Virus record (IMG/VR): IMGVR_UViG_3300020045_008999
Location: 128,001-192,000 of that record
Origin: a virus
Taxonomy: Duplodnaviria; Heunggongvirae; Uroviricota; Caudoviricetes
Length of the DNA: 64,000 nucleotides
Direction: 5' to 3' (one strand)
Position 1 is the first letter of the stretch. Every line of letters begins with the position of its first letter. Positions 21,297-31,568 of this stretch are shown in pieces. Under the pieces are notes generated by a model. That model saw only the letters and a list, made by a program, of their open reading frames with translations. It did not search any database and was not told the DNA's origin. Both the position numbers and the translations under genes were made by a program.

Positions 21297-21899
21297 ATGA
21301 TGAACTTAATTAGTAAAAAAGAAAAGGACTGGATCGAATCCATATGTTATAGGTATAGTATAAATAATTATTATATAAACTCGGATGGTTCGATTGATGT
21401 GTCTGGTAGTGTTGAACTCACCGGTAGAGGACTAACTAAATTACCATTAGTATTTAATATAGTGACAGGAGGATTCCATTGTACTAGTAATAAATTAACC
21501 TCATTAGAGGGCGCACCTCGCAAGATAGGTGGCAGTTTATACTGTGGTGACAATAAATTGACTTCACTTGTGGGTGGTCCTACTACAGTGGGTGGGTCCT
21601 TTAGATGTAGTAGTAATCAAATAACTTCATTAGAGGGAGCACCCACAGTAGTGGTTGGAGATTTCTCATGCCAAAGAAATAAATTATCATCCACTTATAC
21701 CGGTTATGCTGACCTAGAAATTGGTAGAGCTGTTTACTTACACGGGAATAATCTACCTCTGCAATTTGACGATAATCACGATCACATGGCCCTAGTTTTA
21801 AAATATCAGCGACACTTTGAAATCTGGAATGATGACTTGACATTGAATGTAAATAATTTCAATGACTTAATAACAGAAATAAAAGATGGTCTGAAGTAG
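21297..21899 (+). CDS. LRR-like array paralog, 200 aa, ~3 modules
   Basis: Family N-cap, 21-aa repeats, tail. Confidence 0.85.
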   Translation: MMNLISKKEKDWIESICYRYSINNYYINSDGSIDVSGSVELTGRGLTKLPLVFNIVTGGFHCTSNKLTSLEGAPRKIGGSLYCGDNKLTSLVGGPTTVGGSFRCSSNQITSLEGAPTVVVGDFSCQRNKLSSTYTGYADLEIGRAVYLHGNNLPLQFDDNHDHMALVLKYQRHFEIWNDDLTLNVNNFNDLITEIKDGLK

Positions 21900-21934
21900 A
21901 TTGTTTGAGCAGCACAAATTACTAGTATTAAATA

Positions 21935-22603
21935 TTATTCTAATCCGTCTTTGATTTCATCTAGCAGCACCTGGAAGTTTTCTTCGTTCAAAGTTAGATC
22001 ATCATTCCAGATTTCAAAGTGTCGCTGGTACTTCAAAATCAATTTAATGTGTACAATATTGTCCTTTAACGATTGTGTGAGTTTATTTTGACCTAAAAAA
22101 GTTTCACCGGTCACTTCAATATCAATATCACCGGAATAAGTAGAAGTCATTTTATTTTCACGGCATTTAAAACTACCACCAATATACTCAGGTGCACCCA
22201 CCAAGTTAGTTAATTTATTCTTACTGCAATAAAACCCACCACCAACTGTAATAGGACCACCTTCTAATGTAGTTATTCTATTATTAAAACAGCTAAATTT
22301 ACCACCCACCGATTGTGGTGCCTCATCAAGACTAGTTAATTTATTTCCGTCACAATAAAAGCCACCACCTACCGATTGGGGTGCTCCCTGTAATGTAGAT
22401 AATCGATTTGAATCACAGTTAAAACTACCACTTACATTTCCAAACTTTAGTGGTAGTTTTTCTAGTCCGGAATTTATTATACTAACATAATCATCATCCA
22501 CGTCAATAGACCCATCTGGGTTAATGGAATAGTTTTCAATATTATATTTTTTACAGATTTCATCAATTCGATCCTTTTCTTCTTTAGATATTAAGTTTAT
22601 CAT
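21935..22603 (-). CDS. LRR-like array paralog, 222 aa, ~4 modules
   Basis: Family N-cap, 21-aa repeats, tail. Confidence 0.85.
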   Translation of the reverse strand: MINLISKEEKDRIDEICKKYNIENYSINPDGSIDVDDDYVSIINSGLEKLPLKFGNVSGSFNCDSNRLSTLQGAPQSVGGGFYCDGNKLTSLDEAPQSVGGKFSCFNNRITTLEGGPITVGGGFYCSKNKLTNLVGAPEYIGGSFKCRENKMTSTYSGDIDIEVTGETFLGQNKLTQSLKDNIVHIKLILKYQRHFEIWNDDLTLNEENFQVLLDEIKDGLE

Positions 22604-22629
22604 GGCATAACGTAGTTTCTCTATATATA

Positions 22630-22930
22630 AAAAATCTAATAACTCAATGCCGGTCAGCGAACCGATAGGTGAGTTGCATATTATTAATCGCGATTAACGT
22701 AGTTTTTATAAATCAGATATTCGCAATAAAATTCCCTAAGTATCATATAATGACAATATGGTACTTTTAAGACATTATAATCTTAAAAATATCACTGAGT
22801 ATAAATTTAATTAAATATGCCCTTATAGATAGTATATGAGTCTTAATTTCGCGATTACCTCATCATTATTATATCTCTTATGTAGTAGGATTTGTTACCT
22901 GATATAAAAAGGTGCAACATCATGATATAT
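22630..22930. repeat. degenerate copy A of the intergenic hairpin/convergent-promoter module
   Basis: cagcgaaccgataggtgagttg at 22655-22676; decayed IR near 22891-22920. Confidence 0.55.
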
Positions 22931-22975
22931 AATAATATTATATTATTAATATACTGGTTGATTATTTAATATCAT

Positions 22976-23119
22976 TTGTTTACTGTGTAAGTTGTTTACT
23001 GTGTAAGTTGTTTACTGTGTAAGTTGTTTACTGTGTAAGTTGTTTACTGTGTAAGTTGTTTACTGTGTAAGTTGTTTACTGTGTAAGTTGTTTACTGTGT
23101 AAGTTGTTTACTGTGTAAG
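22976..23119. repeat. perfect tandem repeat, 9 x 16 bp (ttgtttactgtgtaag)
   Basis: Directly counted; no spacers. Confidence 0.95.
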
Positions 23120-23155
23120 TTACTTAATCATTTATCGGTTTTTTACCGATATTTT

Positions 23156-23947
23156 TTATTCTAAACCATCTTTAATTTCATCTAATAACACTTGGAATTT
23201 TTCATTGTTCAATGTTAGATCATCATTCCAGATTTCAAAGTGTCTTTGGTACTTCAATATCATTTTAATGTGTTCGAGATTATCTAACAATAATTGTGGT
23301 AATGTATGACCGGTGTGAAATTTCCCAGTGAATTCAATATCAATATCACCGGAATAAGTAGAAGTGAAATTTTCATTAGTACCATAAAACCCACCACAAA
23401 TGGTATGTGCGATCCCGACCATAGAAGATATTCCATTATTTGACCAACAACTATATGTCCCACTTACTGTATGTGGGCCCCCCAATAAGGAAGACAATAC
23501 GTTATCGTAACATTCAAAATTACCACCTACTGTATCCGGTGCACCTTCCAATGATGTTAGTTTATTAACACCACAACTAAACATGCCGTTGATATTGCGC
23601 GGTGAACCAATTAAGTTTTTCAAGTTATTAAACTTACAACTAAAATCATCACCAACCGATTCTGGAGAACCAGCCAATGATGATAAATCGTTAAAAGCAC
23701 ACACAAAATTCCCACCAACGGTGACCGGACCACCTTTTAACGATTTTATCATATTATCCTTGCAGGTAAAATTACCACTTACATTATTAAATACTATTGG
23801 AAATTTAGTTAAGTTTTGTTTTGATATATCAACATCACCATCAACATCGATGGAGCCATCCGAGTTTATTGAATAATTTTTAATTTGATATTTTTCACAT
23901 ATTGAATCTACGCGATCCTTTTGTTTTTTGGTGATTAAGTTTTTCAT
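23156..23947 (-). CDS. LRR-like array paralog, 263 aa, ~6 modules
   Basis: Family N-cap, 21-aa repeats, tail. Confidence 0.85.
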   Translation of the reverse strand: MKNLITKKQKDRVDSICEKYQIKNYSINSDGSIDVDGDVDISKQNLTKFPIVFNNVSGNFTCKDNMIKSLKGGPVTVGGNFVCAFNDLSSLAGSPESVGDDFSCKFNNLKNLIGSPRNINGMFSCGVNKLTSLEGAPDTVGGNFECYDNVLSSLLGGPHTVSGTYSCWSNNGISSMVGIAHTICGGFYGTNENFTSTYSGDIDIEFTGKFHTGHTLPQLLLDNLEHIKMILKYQRHFEIWNDDLTLNNEKFQVLLDEIKDGLE

Positions 23948-23957
23948 GATCTATATA

Positions 23958-24500
23958 TTATTGTAAACCATCCTTAATTTCTAATATTAAAATATTGAAG
24001 TTTTCTTCATTTAAAGTTAGATCATCATTCCAGATGAAAAAATGTCTCTGGTACTTCAATATCAATTTAATGTGTTCGAGATTATCTAACAATAATTGTG
24101 GTAAATAATTCTCATATAAAGTTACTGCATCACTAATGTAATCAATATCAGTATTACCGGAAAAAGTGGATATTAAATCATTGTGCGAGGCATCAAAATA
24201 TCCACCAACGCTATTCGGGCATCCCTCTAATGATGTCAGGAAATTACCCTCACAATCAAAATCACCACCTACTATCTTAGGACAGCCTTCCAATGATTTC
24301 AAATCATTTGAGTCACATCGGAACAGTCCAGATACTTTATTGAAATTCAATGGTATTTTAACTAATCCACTATAGGATAATTCTACATTACCATCAACAT
24401 CAATAGATCCATCCGGATTAATCGAATACTTCACGATGTTAAATTCTTCACATATTAAATAGATCTGGTCCTTTTCTTCCTTGGTGATTAAGTTTTTCAT
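23958..24500 (-). CDS. LRR-like array paralog, 180 aa, ~2 modules
   Basis: Family N-cap, 21-aa repeats, tail. Confidence 0.85.
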   Translation of the reverse strand: MKNLITKEEKDQIYLICEEFNIVKYSINPDGSIDVDGNVELSYSGLVKIPLNFNKVSGLFRCDSNDLKSLEGCPKIVGGDFDCEGNFLTSLEGCPNSVGGYFDASHNDLISTFSGNTDIDYISDAVTLYENYLPQLLLDNLEHIKLILKYQRHFFIWNDDLTLNEENFNILILEIKDGLQ

Positions 24501-24523
24501 AAATTTAACGTAGTTTCTTTATA

Positions 24524-25501
24524 TTATTCCAGACCGTCTTCAATTTCATCAATTAATATCTGAAAGTTTTCTTCATTCAGTGTAAGATCATCATTCCATA
24601 TAAAAAAGTGTCGTTGGTACTTTAAAATTAATTTAATATGTTTAAAATTATCCATAATTTGCTGAGACAATTTGGTTAAACCCATATAACAGTCGTTTTT
24701 GATTACAATATCAACATCACCTGAATAGGTTGTCATTAATGTAGTATTTCCGATATCTAGTCTACCTTGTACTGTTTCGACAACACCCACTAAAGTAGTT
24801 ATCGGATTGCCATGGCAACGATAATTGCCACCCACTACAACAGGCCCACCAACTAAAGAGGACAAACGATTATATTCACAAAGAAAATCACCACCAATAG
24901 TATTCGAGACTCCTATTAATGAAGTCAACTGATTTTGACCACATCTAAAATCACCACCAACAGTATCAGGTATTCCTAATAAAGTAGTTAATTCATTATA
25001 CGAGCAATCAAAATTACCCATTAAGGTAGTAGGTGCACCAATCAAATCAGTTAATTTGTTATGGTGGCAATAGAAGTTGTGAACGATATTCGGTCCACCC
25101 AACAAAGAGGTCAACTGATTTTCACCACAATAAAAATTACCCCCTGTACTCACCGGTGAACCCACCAGAGAAGTCAATAGATTACAGCTACAATTATAAG
25201 TGCCTCCAACTGTAACTGGTGATCCAACTAATGAAGTCAACTGATTGATGTAACAGTTAAAATCACCACTAACAGTAACCGGCCCACCTATTAATGACGT
25301 TAATTTATTACCACCACAGTCGAAAAAACCATACACGTTATTAAACCGTAATGGTAGCTTAGTTAAGTTCTTATTAAATAAATCCACATTACCGTTCACA
25401 TCAATAGATCCATCTGAATTGATCGTATAATTATCAATACAATATTGGATACATGTTAAAACAATTATAATTTTTTCATCGTTGGTAATTGCGTTTATCA
25501 T
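24524..25501 (-). CDS. LRR-like array paralog, 325 aa, ~9 modules
   Basis: Family N-cap, 21-aa repeats, tail. Confidence 0.85.
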   Translation of the reverse strand: MINAITNDEKIIIVLTCIQYCIDNYTINSDGSIDVNGNVDLFNKNLTKLPLRFNNVYGFFDCGGNKLTSLIGGPVTVSGDFNCYINQLTSLVGSPVTVGGTYNCSCNLLTSLVGSPVSTGGNFYCGENQLTSLLGGPNIVHNFYCHHNKLTDLIGAPTTLMGNFDCSYNELTTLLGIPDTVGGDFRCGQNQLTSLIGVSNTIGGDFLCEYNRLSSLVGGPVVVGGNYRCHGNPITTLVGVVETVQGRLDIGNTTLMTTYSGDVDIVIKNDCYMGLTKLSQQIMDNFKHIKLILKYQRHFFIWNDDLTLNEENFQILIDEIEDGLE

Positions 25502-25511
25502 ATGATATAAA

Positions 25512-26051
25512 TTATTCTAGCCCGTCTTTAATTTCTTCAATTAGTATCTGGAAGTTTTCTTCGTTTAATGTCAAATCATCATTCCATATAAAGAAATGCC
25601 TCTGATACTTTAAAATTAGTTTGATATGTTCTAAATTAAGTTCCATTAAATAAGGCAATTTATTGGAAAGAAGATAAGCAGTATCAACTATTTCGATATC
25701 TCTATCCCCGGAATACGTAGAAACTAGATCGGAATTATGGGAACATTCAAACATATCACCAATGTAATCCGGTGCTCCCTCTAATGTGAGTATTTTGTTA
25801 TGATTGCAATTATAGTTACCACCAACCCTAACCGGACCACCTATTAATGAAGTTAATTTATTTTTCCAACAATTGAAATTCCCAGATACATTATTGAACA
25901 CTAATGGAATTCTATCCAAGCTCGAATAGTTCATGTTTACATCCCCATCTACGTCGATCGATCCATCTGGATTGACTGAATAATTTCTGATGTGGTATTT
26001 CTCACATAATAAGTCAGTCTTAGTCTTTAGTTTTCTAGTAAAAATATTCAT
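25512..26051 (-). CDS. LRR-like array paralog, 179 aa, ~2 modules
   Basis: Family N-cap, 21-aa repeats, tail. Confidence 0.85.
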   Translation of the reverse strand: MNIFTRKLKTKTDLLCEKYHIRNYSVNPDGSIDVDGDVNMNYSSLDRIPLVFNNVSGNFNCWKNKLTSLIGGPVRVGGNYNCNHNKILTLEGAPDYIGDMFECSHNSDLVSTYSGDRDIEIVDTAYLLSNKLPYLMELNLEHIKLILKYQRHFFIWNDDLTLNEENFQILIEEIKDGLE

Positions 26052-26182
26052 TATATGTTATTGTTCCAATAGTGTTAGGTTTGATATCAGAATACCCAAA
26101 AGATTATAAATTTTGCTAATGTAATAAATTATATGCAGACTTCAAAATTCATTATCATATTTTAACAATTGCTAATTATAAA

Positions 26183-26989
26183 TTATTCTAGCCCGTCTTT
26201 AATTTCGTCAATTAGTATCTGGAACTTTTCTTCGTTTAATGTCAAATCATCATTCCATATAAAGAAATACCTCTGATACTTCAAGATTAGTTTGATATGT
26301 TCTAATTGTTCAACTAATGGAAGTGGTAGCTTATGGTTGGAGAATTTAGAATCGATATTATTAAATTCCCCTAACAAATTAATATCAGTATCCCCTGAAT
26401 ATGTAGAGACTAATGGATTATTCTCAGCGAAAAAATTTTCACCAACTACATGAGGCAATCCTTCCAAAGTAGATAATTGATTATGACTACAGTTATAACT
26501 ACCTAGAATTGTCTGCGGCGATCCCTCTAGTGATGTCAATTCATTATGACTACAACTAAAATCACCGATTATCTTAGTGAGTACTACTTGTAATGAAGTC
26601 AATTGATTACCATTGCAATTAAATGACCCACCCAAGGTGGTTGGTGATCCAACTAATGAAGTCAATTGATTAATGTAACAATAATAATCACCACCAACTG
26701 TAGTAGGTGCGCCCTCTAATGTAGATAGTTGATTATTATAGCAATGAAAATCACCACCAACGGTATGTGGGGCACCATTTAACGAAGTCATTTGATTATT
26801 ACTACAATAAAAATTCCCAGTAACTTTTCCGAAATGTAATGGCATAGCACTTAGCTGATTATATTTCAAATCCACATCGCCATTCACATCAATCGACCCA
26901 TCCGGATTAATTGAATAGTTTTCTATTTCATATTGCTTACATATTAAATCAATACGATCCTTTTCTTCTTTATTAATTAAGCTTTTCAT
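26183..26989 (-). CDS. LRR-like array paralog, 268 aa, ~6 modules
   Basis: Family N-cap, 21-aa repeats, tail. Confidence 0.85.
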   Translation of the reverse strand: MKSLINKEEKDRIDLICKQYEIENYSINPDGSIDVNGDVDLKYNQLSAMPLHFGKVTGNFYCSNNQMTSLNGAPHTVGGDFHCYNNQLSTLEGAPTTVGGDYYCYINQLTSLVGSPTTLGGSFNCNGNQLTSLQVVLTKIIGDFSCSHNELTSLEGSPQTILGSYNCSHNQLSTLEGLPHVVGENFFAENNPLVSTYSGDTDINLLGEFNNIDSKFSNHKLPLPLVEQLEHIKLILKYQRYFFIWNDDLTLNEEKFQILIDEIKDGLE

Positions 26990-27094
26990 ATGATTGACGT
27001 GTAAGTGATATTAGTCCCACTTATATAAAATGGCATACTATGAAATGCAAATATAATGTATAATAGGTAAACAATAAAGTTTATTTAGATATTA

Positions 27095-27760
27095 TTATAG
27101 TAAACCATCCTTAATTTCATCGAGTAACATTTGGAAGTTTTCCTCGTTTAATGTAAGATCATCATTCCAGATCACAAAATGTCTCTGGTACTTTAAAATT
27201 AATTTAATGTGTACAATATTATCATTGAGTAGTTGCGGTAAGTGATTGTCATTAGAATGGAAGTTGCCACCCACTTCTATATCATTATCACCGGAATAAG
27301 TAGATGATAATTGGTTACCATCACAAAAGAAATCTCCGCCCACTGAGGTAGGGCATCCCACCAAGTTAGTTAATTTATTTTTACTGCAATAAAAATTATC
27401 ACCAACTGTATTTGGTGCACCCTCTAATGAAGTCAATTTATTGTCACCACAGTATAAACTACCACCTATCTCACGAGGTGTCCCATCCAAGTTACTTAAT
27501 TTATTTTCCTCACAATAAAAACTACCACCTATCGATTGTGGTGATCCCTCTAATGTAGTTAATCTATTCGCATCGCAATTAAAACCACCACTTACATTTC
27601 TAAACTTTAATGGTAGTTTTGTTAGTCCCCAATTATTTATTACCACAAAATCATTCACATCAATAGATCCATCCGAGTTTATTGAATAGTTTTCAATTTG
27701 ATATTTTTTGCATCTTGAATCTACGCGATCCTTTTGTCTTTTGGTGATTAAGTTCTTCAT
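27095..27760 (-). CDS. LRR-like array paralog, 221 aa, ~4 modules
   Basis: Family N-cap, 21-aa repeats, tail. Confidence 0.85.
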   Translation of the reverse strand: MKNLITKRQKDRVDSRCKKYQIENYSINSDGSIDVNDFVVINNWGLTKLPLKFRNVSGGFNCDANRLTTLEGSPQSIGGSFYCEENKLSNLDGTPREIGGSLYCGDNKLTSLEGAPNTVGDNFYCSKNKLTNLVGCPTSVGGDFFCDGNQLSSTYSGDNDIEVGGNFHSNDNHLPQLLNDNIVHIKLILKYQRHFVIWNDDLTLNEENFQMLLDEIKDGLL

Positions 27761-27772
27761 AAATTTATTTTT

Positions 27773-28435
27773 TTATTCTAAGCCGTCTTCTATCTCGGAA
27801 ATCAAATCCTTGAAGTTTTCCTCGTTTAATGTAAGGTCATCATTCCAGATCTCAAAGTGTCGCTGATACTTTAAGATTAGTTTAATATGTTTTGTATTAT
27901 CTTGTAGTAATAGTGGCAATAGTATATAAGAAAAATATATATCACCACCCACTTCTACATCAATATCCCCGGAATAGGTAGATGTTAATTTATTATTACC
28001 TATAAATCCATCACCCACCGTCGAAGGTGCTCCAATCAAATTGACCAGTTTATTACGTCTACATAGAAAACTACCACCAACCATTGTAGGGGCACCCATT
28101 AATGACGTTAGTATATTAATATTGCATGTATAATTACCACCTACCGTAGTCGGTCCACCAATCAAATTAGTTAGATTGTTATTGGTGCAGTTAAATAAAA
28201 GACCCACAGTATGGGGCGAGCCATCTAATGAAATCAAATCATTATCCATACACGTAAACCCACCACCAACTTTACCAAACTGTAATGGTAATTTTCTTAA
28301 ATGGCAATCCCTTAAATCAACATCACCATTAACATCAATAGATCCATCCGAATTAATCGAATAATTTTTAATTTGATAATCTTTACATATTAAATCAATA
28401 CGATCCTTTTCCTCTTTACTAATTAAGTTTTTCAT
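27773..28435 (-). CDS. LRR-like array paralog, 220 aa, ~4 modules
   Basis: Family N-cap, 21-aa repeats, tail. Confidence 0.85.
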   Translation of the reverse strand: MKNLISKEEKDRIDLICKDYQIKNYSINSDGSIDVNGDVDLRDCHLRKLPLQFGKVGGGFTCMDNDLISLDGSPHTVGLLFNCTNNNLTNLIGGPTTVGGNYTCNINILTSLMGAPTMVGGSFLCRRNKLVNLIGAPSTVGDGFIGNNKLTSTYSGDIDVEVGGDIYFSYILLPLLLQDNTKHIKLILKYQRHFEIWNDDLTLNEENFKDLISEIEDGLE

Positions 28436-28448
28436 GAGCTATATATTA

Positions 28449-29051
28449 TTATAGTAAACCATCCTTAATTTCATCGAGTAACATTTGGAAGTTTTCCTCG
28501 TTTAATGTAAGATCATCATTCCAGATCTCAAAGTGTCGCTGATACTTTAAGATTAGTTTAATGTGATTAATGTTATCTTGTAGTAATTGTGGTAGGTAAT
28601 CATTTGTGAAGGATATATAACCACCCACCTCAATATCAATATCACCGGAATAAGTAGAAATCAGGTAGTTATACGTACAAATTAAATTACCACCAATTGT
28701 GTGAGGTGCACCTTCTAATGAAGCTAGTTTATTATTATAACAATGAAAATCACCACCCACCGTTTGTGGCCCACCCTCTAATGAGGTTAGCTTATTTTTA
28801 TAACAGATAAAAATACCACCTACAGTAGTAGGTGATCCCTCTAATGTAGTTAATTGGTTATTCCTACAATGGAATTCTCCTGACACTACATTAAAGTTCA
28901 AAGGTAGTTTATTAAATTCCCTAGCTGCTAAAAATATATCACCATCAACATCAATGGATCCATCCGAGTTTATTGAATAGTTTTTAATATTGTGTTTGGT
29001 ACATTCCAAATCGATCTGATCCTTTTCTTCTTTGGTAATTAAGTTCTTCAT
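28449..29051 (-). CDS. LRR-like array paralog, 200 aa, ~3 modules
   Basis: Family N-cap, 21-aa repeats, tail. Confidence 0.85.
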   Translation of the reverse strand: MKNLITKEEKDQIDLECTKHNIKNYSINSDGSIDVDGDIFLAAREFNKLPLNFNVVSGEFHCRNNQLTTLEGSPTTVGGIFICYKNKLTSLEGGPQTVGGDFHCYNNKLASLEGAPHTIGGNLICTYNYLISTYSGDIDIEVGGYISFTNDYLPQLLQDNINHIKLILKYQRHFEIWNDDLTLNEENFQMLLDEIKDGLL

Positions 29052-29062
29052 AAATTTGTTTT

Positions 29063-29728
29063 TTATTCTAATCCGTCTTTTATATCATTCATCAATTCTT
29101 GGAAATTTTCCTCATTCAAGGATAGATCGACATTCCAGATCTCAAAGTATCTCTGGTATTTTAAAATTAATTTAATGTGTTCCGCATTATCTTGTAACAA
29201 TAGTGGTAAGTGATTGTTATTAAAATGGAAGTCGCCACCCACTTCAATATCAATATCGCCGGAATAAGTAGAAGTCAGGTAGTTATATGTACAAATTAAA
29301 TTACCACTAAGGGTATGAGGTGCCCCCTCTAATGTAGATAATCGATTTGAATCACAATAGAAATCGCCATCAACTTTAGTAGGCGCACTTTCTAATGAAG
29401 TCAACTTATTTAGATAACAATAAAAATCGCCATCAACTTTAGTAGGCGCACTTTCTAATGAAGTCAATTCATTCATATAACAGCTAAAACTACCACCTAC
29501 GATTTTAGGTGATCCATTTAGCGAAGTTAATTTATTACAACCACATAGAAAATCACCACTAACTTTATTAAATTTTATTGGTAGTTCAGTCAAGTTAATA
29601 TTAGTCAAATCAACTTCTCCATCAACATCAATGGATCCATCTGAGTTTATATAATAATTCTTTATATAATACGCATTGCATATTAAATCGATTTGGTCCT
29701 TTTCTTCTTTACTAATTAAGTTCTTCAT
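29063..29728 (-). CDS. LRR-like array paralog, 221 aa, ~4 modules
   Basis: Family N-cap, 21-aa repeats, tail. Confidence 0.85.
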   Translation of the reverse strand: MKNLISKEEKDQIDLICNAYYIKNYYINSDGSIDVDGEVDLTNINLTELPIKFNKVSGDFLCGCNKLTSLNGSPKIVGGSFSCYMNELTSLESAPTKVDGDFYCYLNKLTSLESAPTKVDGDFYCDSNRLSTLEGAPHTLSGNLICTYNYLTSTYSGDIDIEVGGDFHFNNNHLPLLLQDNAEHIKLILKYQRYFEIWNVDLSLNEENFQELMNDIKDGLE

Positions 29729-29739
29729 ATAGTATATAT

Positions 29740-29922
29740 AAAATCTAATAACTCAAAGGGTGCCAGCGAACCGATAGGTGTGCTGCATATTTACATAGTC
29801 AAATTTTTAACATTATAAAATTGTCTATGTAAATATGCTTCTTAATTTCATGTCGACACACCATAATATTTGAATATAAAGTGTCAACATAAAGGTACAA
29901 AAAAAATGATATAAATCAAGTC
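29740..29922. repeat. copy B of the intergenic hairpin/convergent-promoter module
   Basis: GA-hairpin at 29764-29785; IR tgtcgaca..tgtcaaca at 29851-29889; minus-strand promoter boxes. Confidence 0.7.
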
Positions 29923-29958
29923 TTTTTAGTAAAAAGGTATCGCCAATACAATTAGATG

Positions 29959-30816
29959 CTATAGTAAACCATCTTCAATTTCTAATATCAAATCAGTAAA
30001 ATTTTCTTCATTGAAAGTCAAATCATCATTCCAAATCATAAAGGGTCTCTGGTATTTTAAAATCAATTTAATGTGTCTAATATTATCATTAAATAATTGC
30101 GGTAAATTATTAGAATGGCATTTTATTACGCCATTCACTTCAATATCATAATCGCCAGCATAGGTAGAATTTAAATTTTTATTATTATCATAATAAAAAC
30201 CTTTACCCACCTCACTAGGGGATCCTTCTAGGGTAGTCAATTGATTATGACTACAGTTATAACTACCTAGAATTGTCTGCGGCGATCCCTCTAGTGATGT
30301 TAATTCATTCCCAGTACAATAAAAATCACCACTCACCTCACTAGGTGATCCGTCTAACGAAGTCAGATTATTATTAGAACAATATAAACCATCCCCAATG
30401 GTAACCGGCAATCCCTCTAGTGAAGTTAAGTGATTATTGGAGCAATAAAGACTTCCACCCACCTCAGTAGGTGATCCATTTAGCGAAGTTAATTTATTAT
30501 ACCTACAATATAAATCACCGCCCACTGTATGTGGACCGCCCACTAATGAGGTTAGATTATTGTCTCTACAGTAAAAATTACCATAAACTATACGAGGCGA
30601 TCCACTCAATGAAGTTAATTTATTATCAGAACAATAGAAATCACCACTCACTTTATTAAATTTTATTGGAAATTCCACTAAATCAACATTGACTATTCTA
30701 ACATAACCATCTACATCAATAGACGCATCCGGATTAATGGAATAGTTTTCAATTTTATATTGCTTACATATTAAATCGATCTGGTCCTTTTCTTCTTTAC
30801 TAATTAAATTCTTCAT
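29959..30816 (-). CDS. LRR-like array paralog, 285 aa, ~7 modules
   Basis: Family N-cap, 21-aa repeats, tail. Confidence 0.85.
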   Translation of the reverse strand: MKNLISKEEKDQIDLICKQYKIENYSINPDASIDVDGYVRIVNVDLVEFPIKFNKVSGDFYCSDNKLTSLSGSPRIVYGNFYCRDNNLTSLVGGPHTVGGDLYCRYNKLTSLNGSPTEVGGSLYCSNNHLTSLEGLPVTIGDGLYCSNNNLTSLDGSPSEVSGDFYCTGNELTSLEGSPQTILGSYNCSHNQLTTLEGSPSEVGKGFYYDNNKNLNSTYAGDYDIEVNGVIKCHSNNLPQLFNDNIRHIKLILKYQRPFMIWNDDLTFNEENFTDLILEIEDGLL

Positions 30817-30826
30817 ATAGTATATA

Positions 30827-31558
30827 TTATTCTAGACCATCTTTTATTTCTGTTATTAAGTCATTGAAATTATCTACATTCAATGAAAGGTCATCATTCC
30901 AGATCTCAAAGTGTCGTTGATATTTTATGATGGTCTTAAGGCAATTCATATTATTCATAAGGGCCGGTGGTAATAGGGTTGTATTAGATAATATAGACAC
31001 ACCACTCGTTTCGATATCAATATCACCCGAATAGGTAGAACTTAAATTGTTATACGAGCAAATAAGATTCCATCCAATTGTGTGTGGAGCTCCAACCAAT
31101 GAAGTCAAATTATTGTATTGGCACCAATAATTTCCGCCTACACTATTTGGACTACCCTCTAATGAAGTTAACTTGTTATTAGAACAATTAAATTCTAAAC
31201 TTATAGTATGTGGTGAGCCGTGCAATGATCTTATTCCATTGTATTGACAATTAAAATCACCACCCACACTATTTGGACCGCCCTCTAATGAAGTTAATTT
31301 ATTAGATTGACAATTAAAATCACCACCCACCTCAGTAGGCGATCCCTTTAATGAAGTTAATCTGTTATTAGAACAATAAAAATCTCCACTCACTTTTCCA
31401 AATTTTAATGGTAATGAAGTTAATGATCCTCTGGGAAATACAACACTACCATCTACGTCAATAGTGCCGTCCGGATCAATCGAATACATAGTTATTTTAT
31501 ATTGATTACATATTAAATCGATTCGATCTTTTTCTTCTTTATTGATTAAGTTCTTCAT
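30827..31558 (-). CDS. LRR-like array paralog, 243 aa, ~5 modules
   Basis: Family N-cap, 21-aa repeats, tail. Confidence 0.85.
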   Translation of the reverse strand: MKNLINKEEKDRIDLICNQYKITMYSIDPDGTIDVDGSVVFPRGSLTSLPLKFGKVSGDFYCSNNRLTSLKGSPTEVGGDFNCQSNKLTSLEGGPNSVGGDFNCQYNGIRSLHGSPHTISLEFNCSNNKLTSLEGSPNSVGGNYWCQYNNLTSLVGAPHTIGWNLICSYNNLSSTYSGDIDIETSGVSILSNTTLLPPALMNNMNCLKTIIKYQRHFEIWNDDLSLNVDNFNDLITEIKDGLE

Positions 31559-31568
31559 AAAGTATATA

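Noticed and set aside
22976-23119. CRISPR array
   Set aside because: Units are contiguous with no spacers, and no cas genes are seen.
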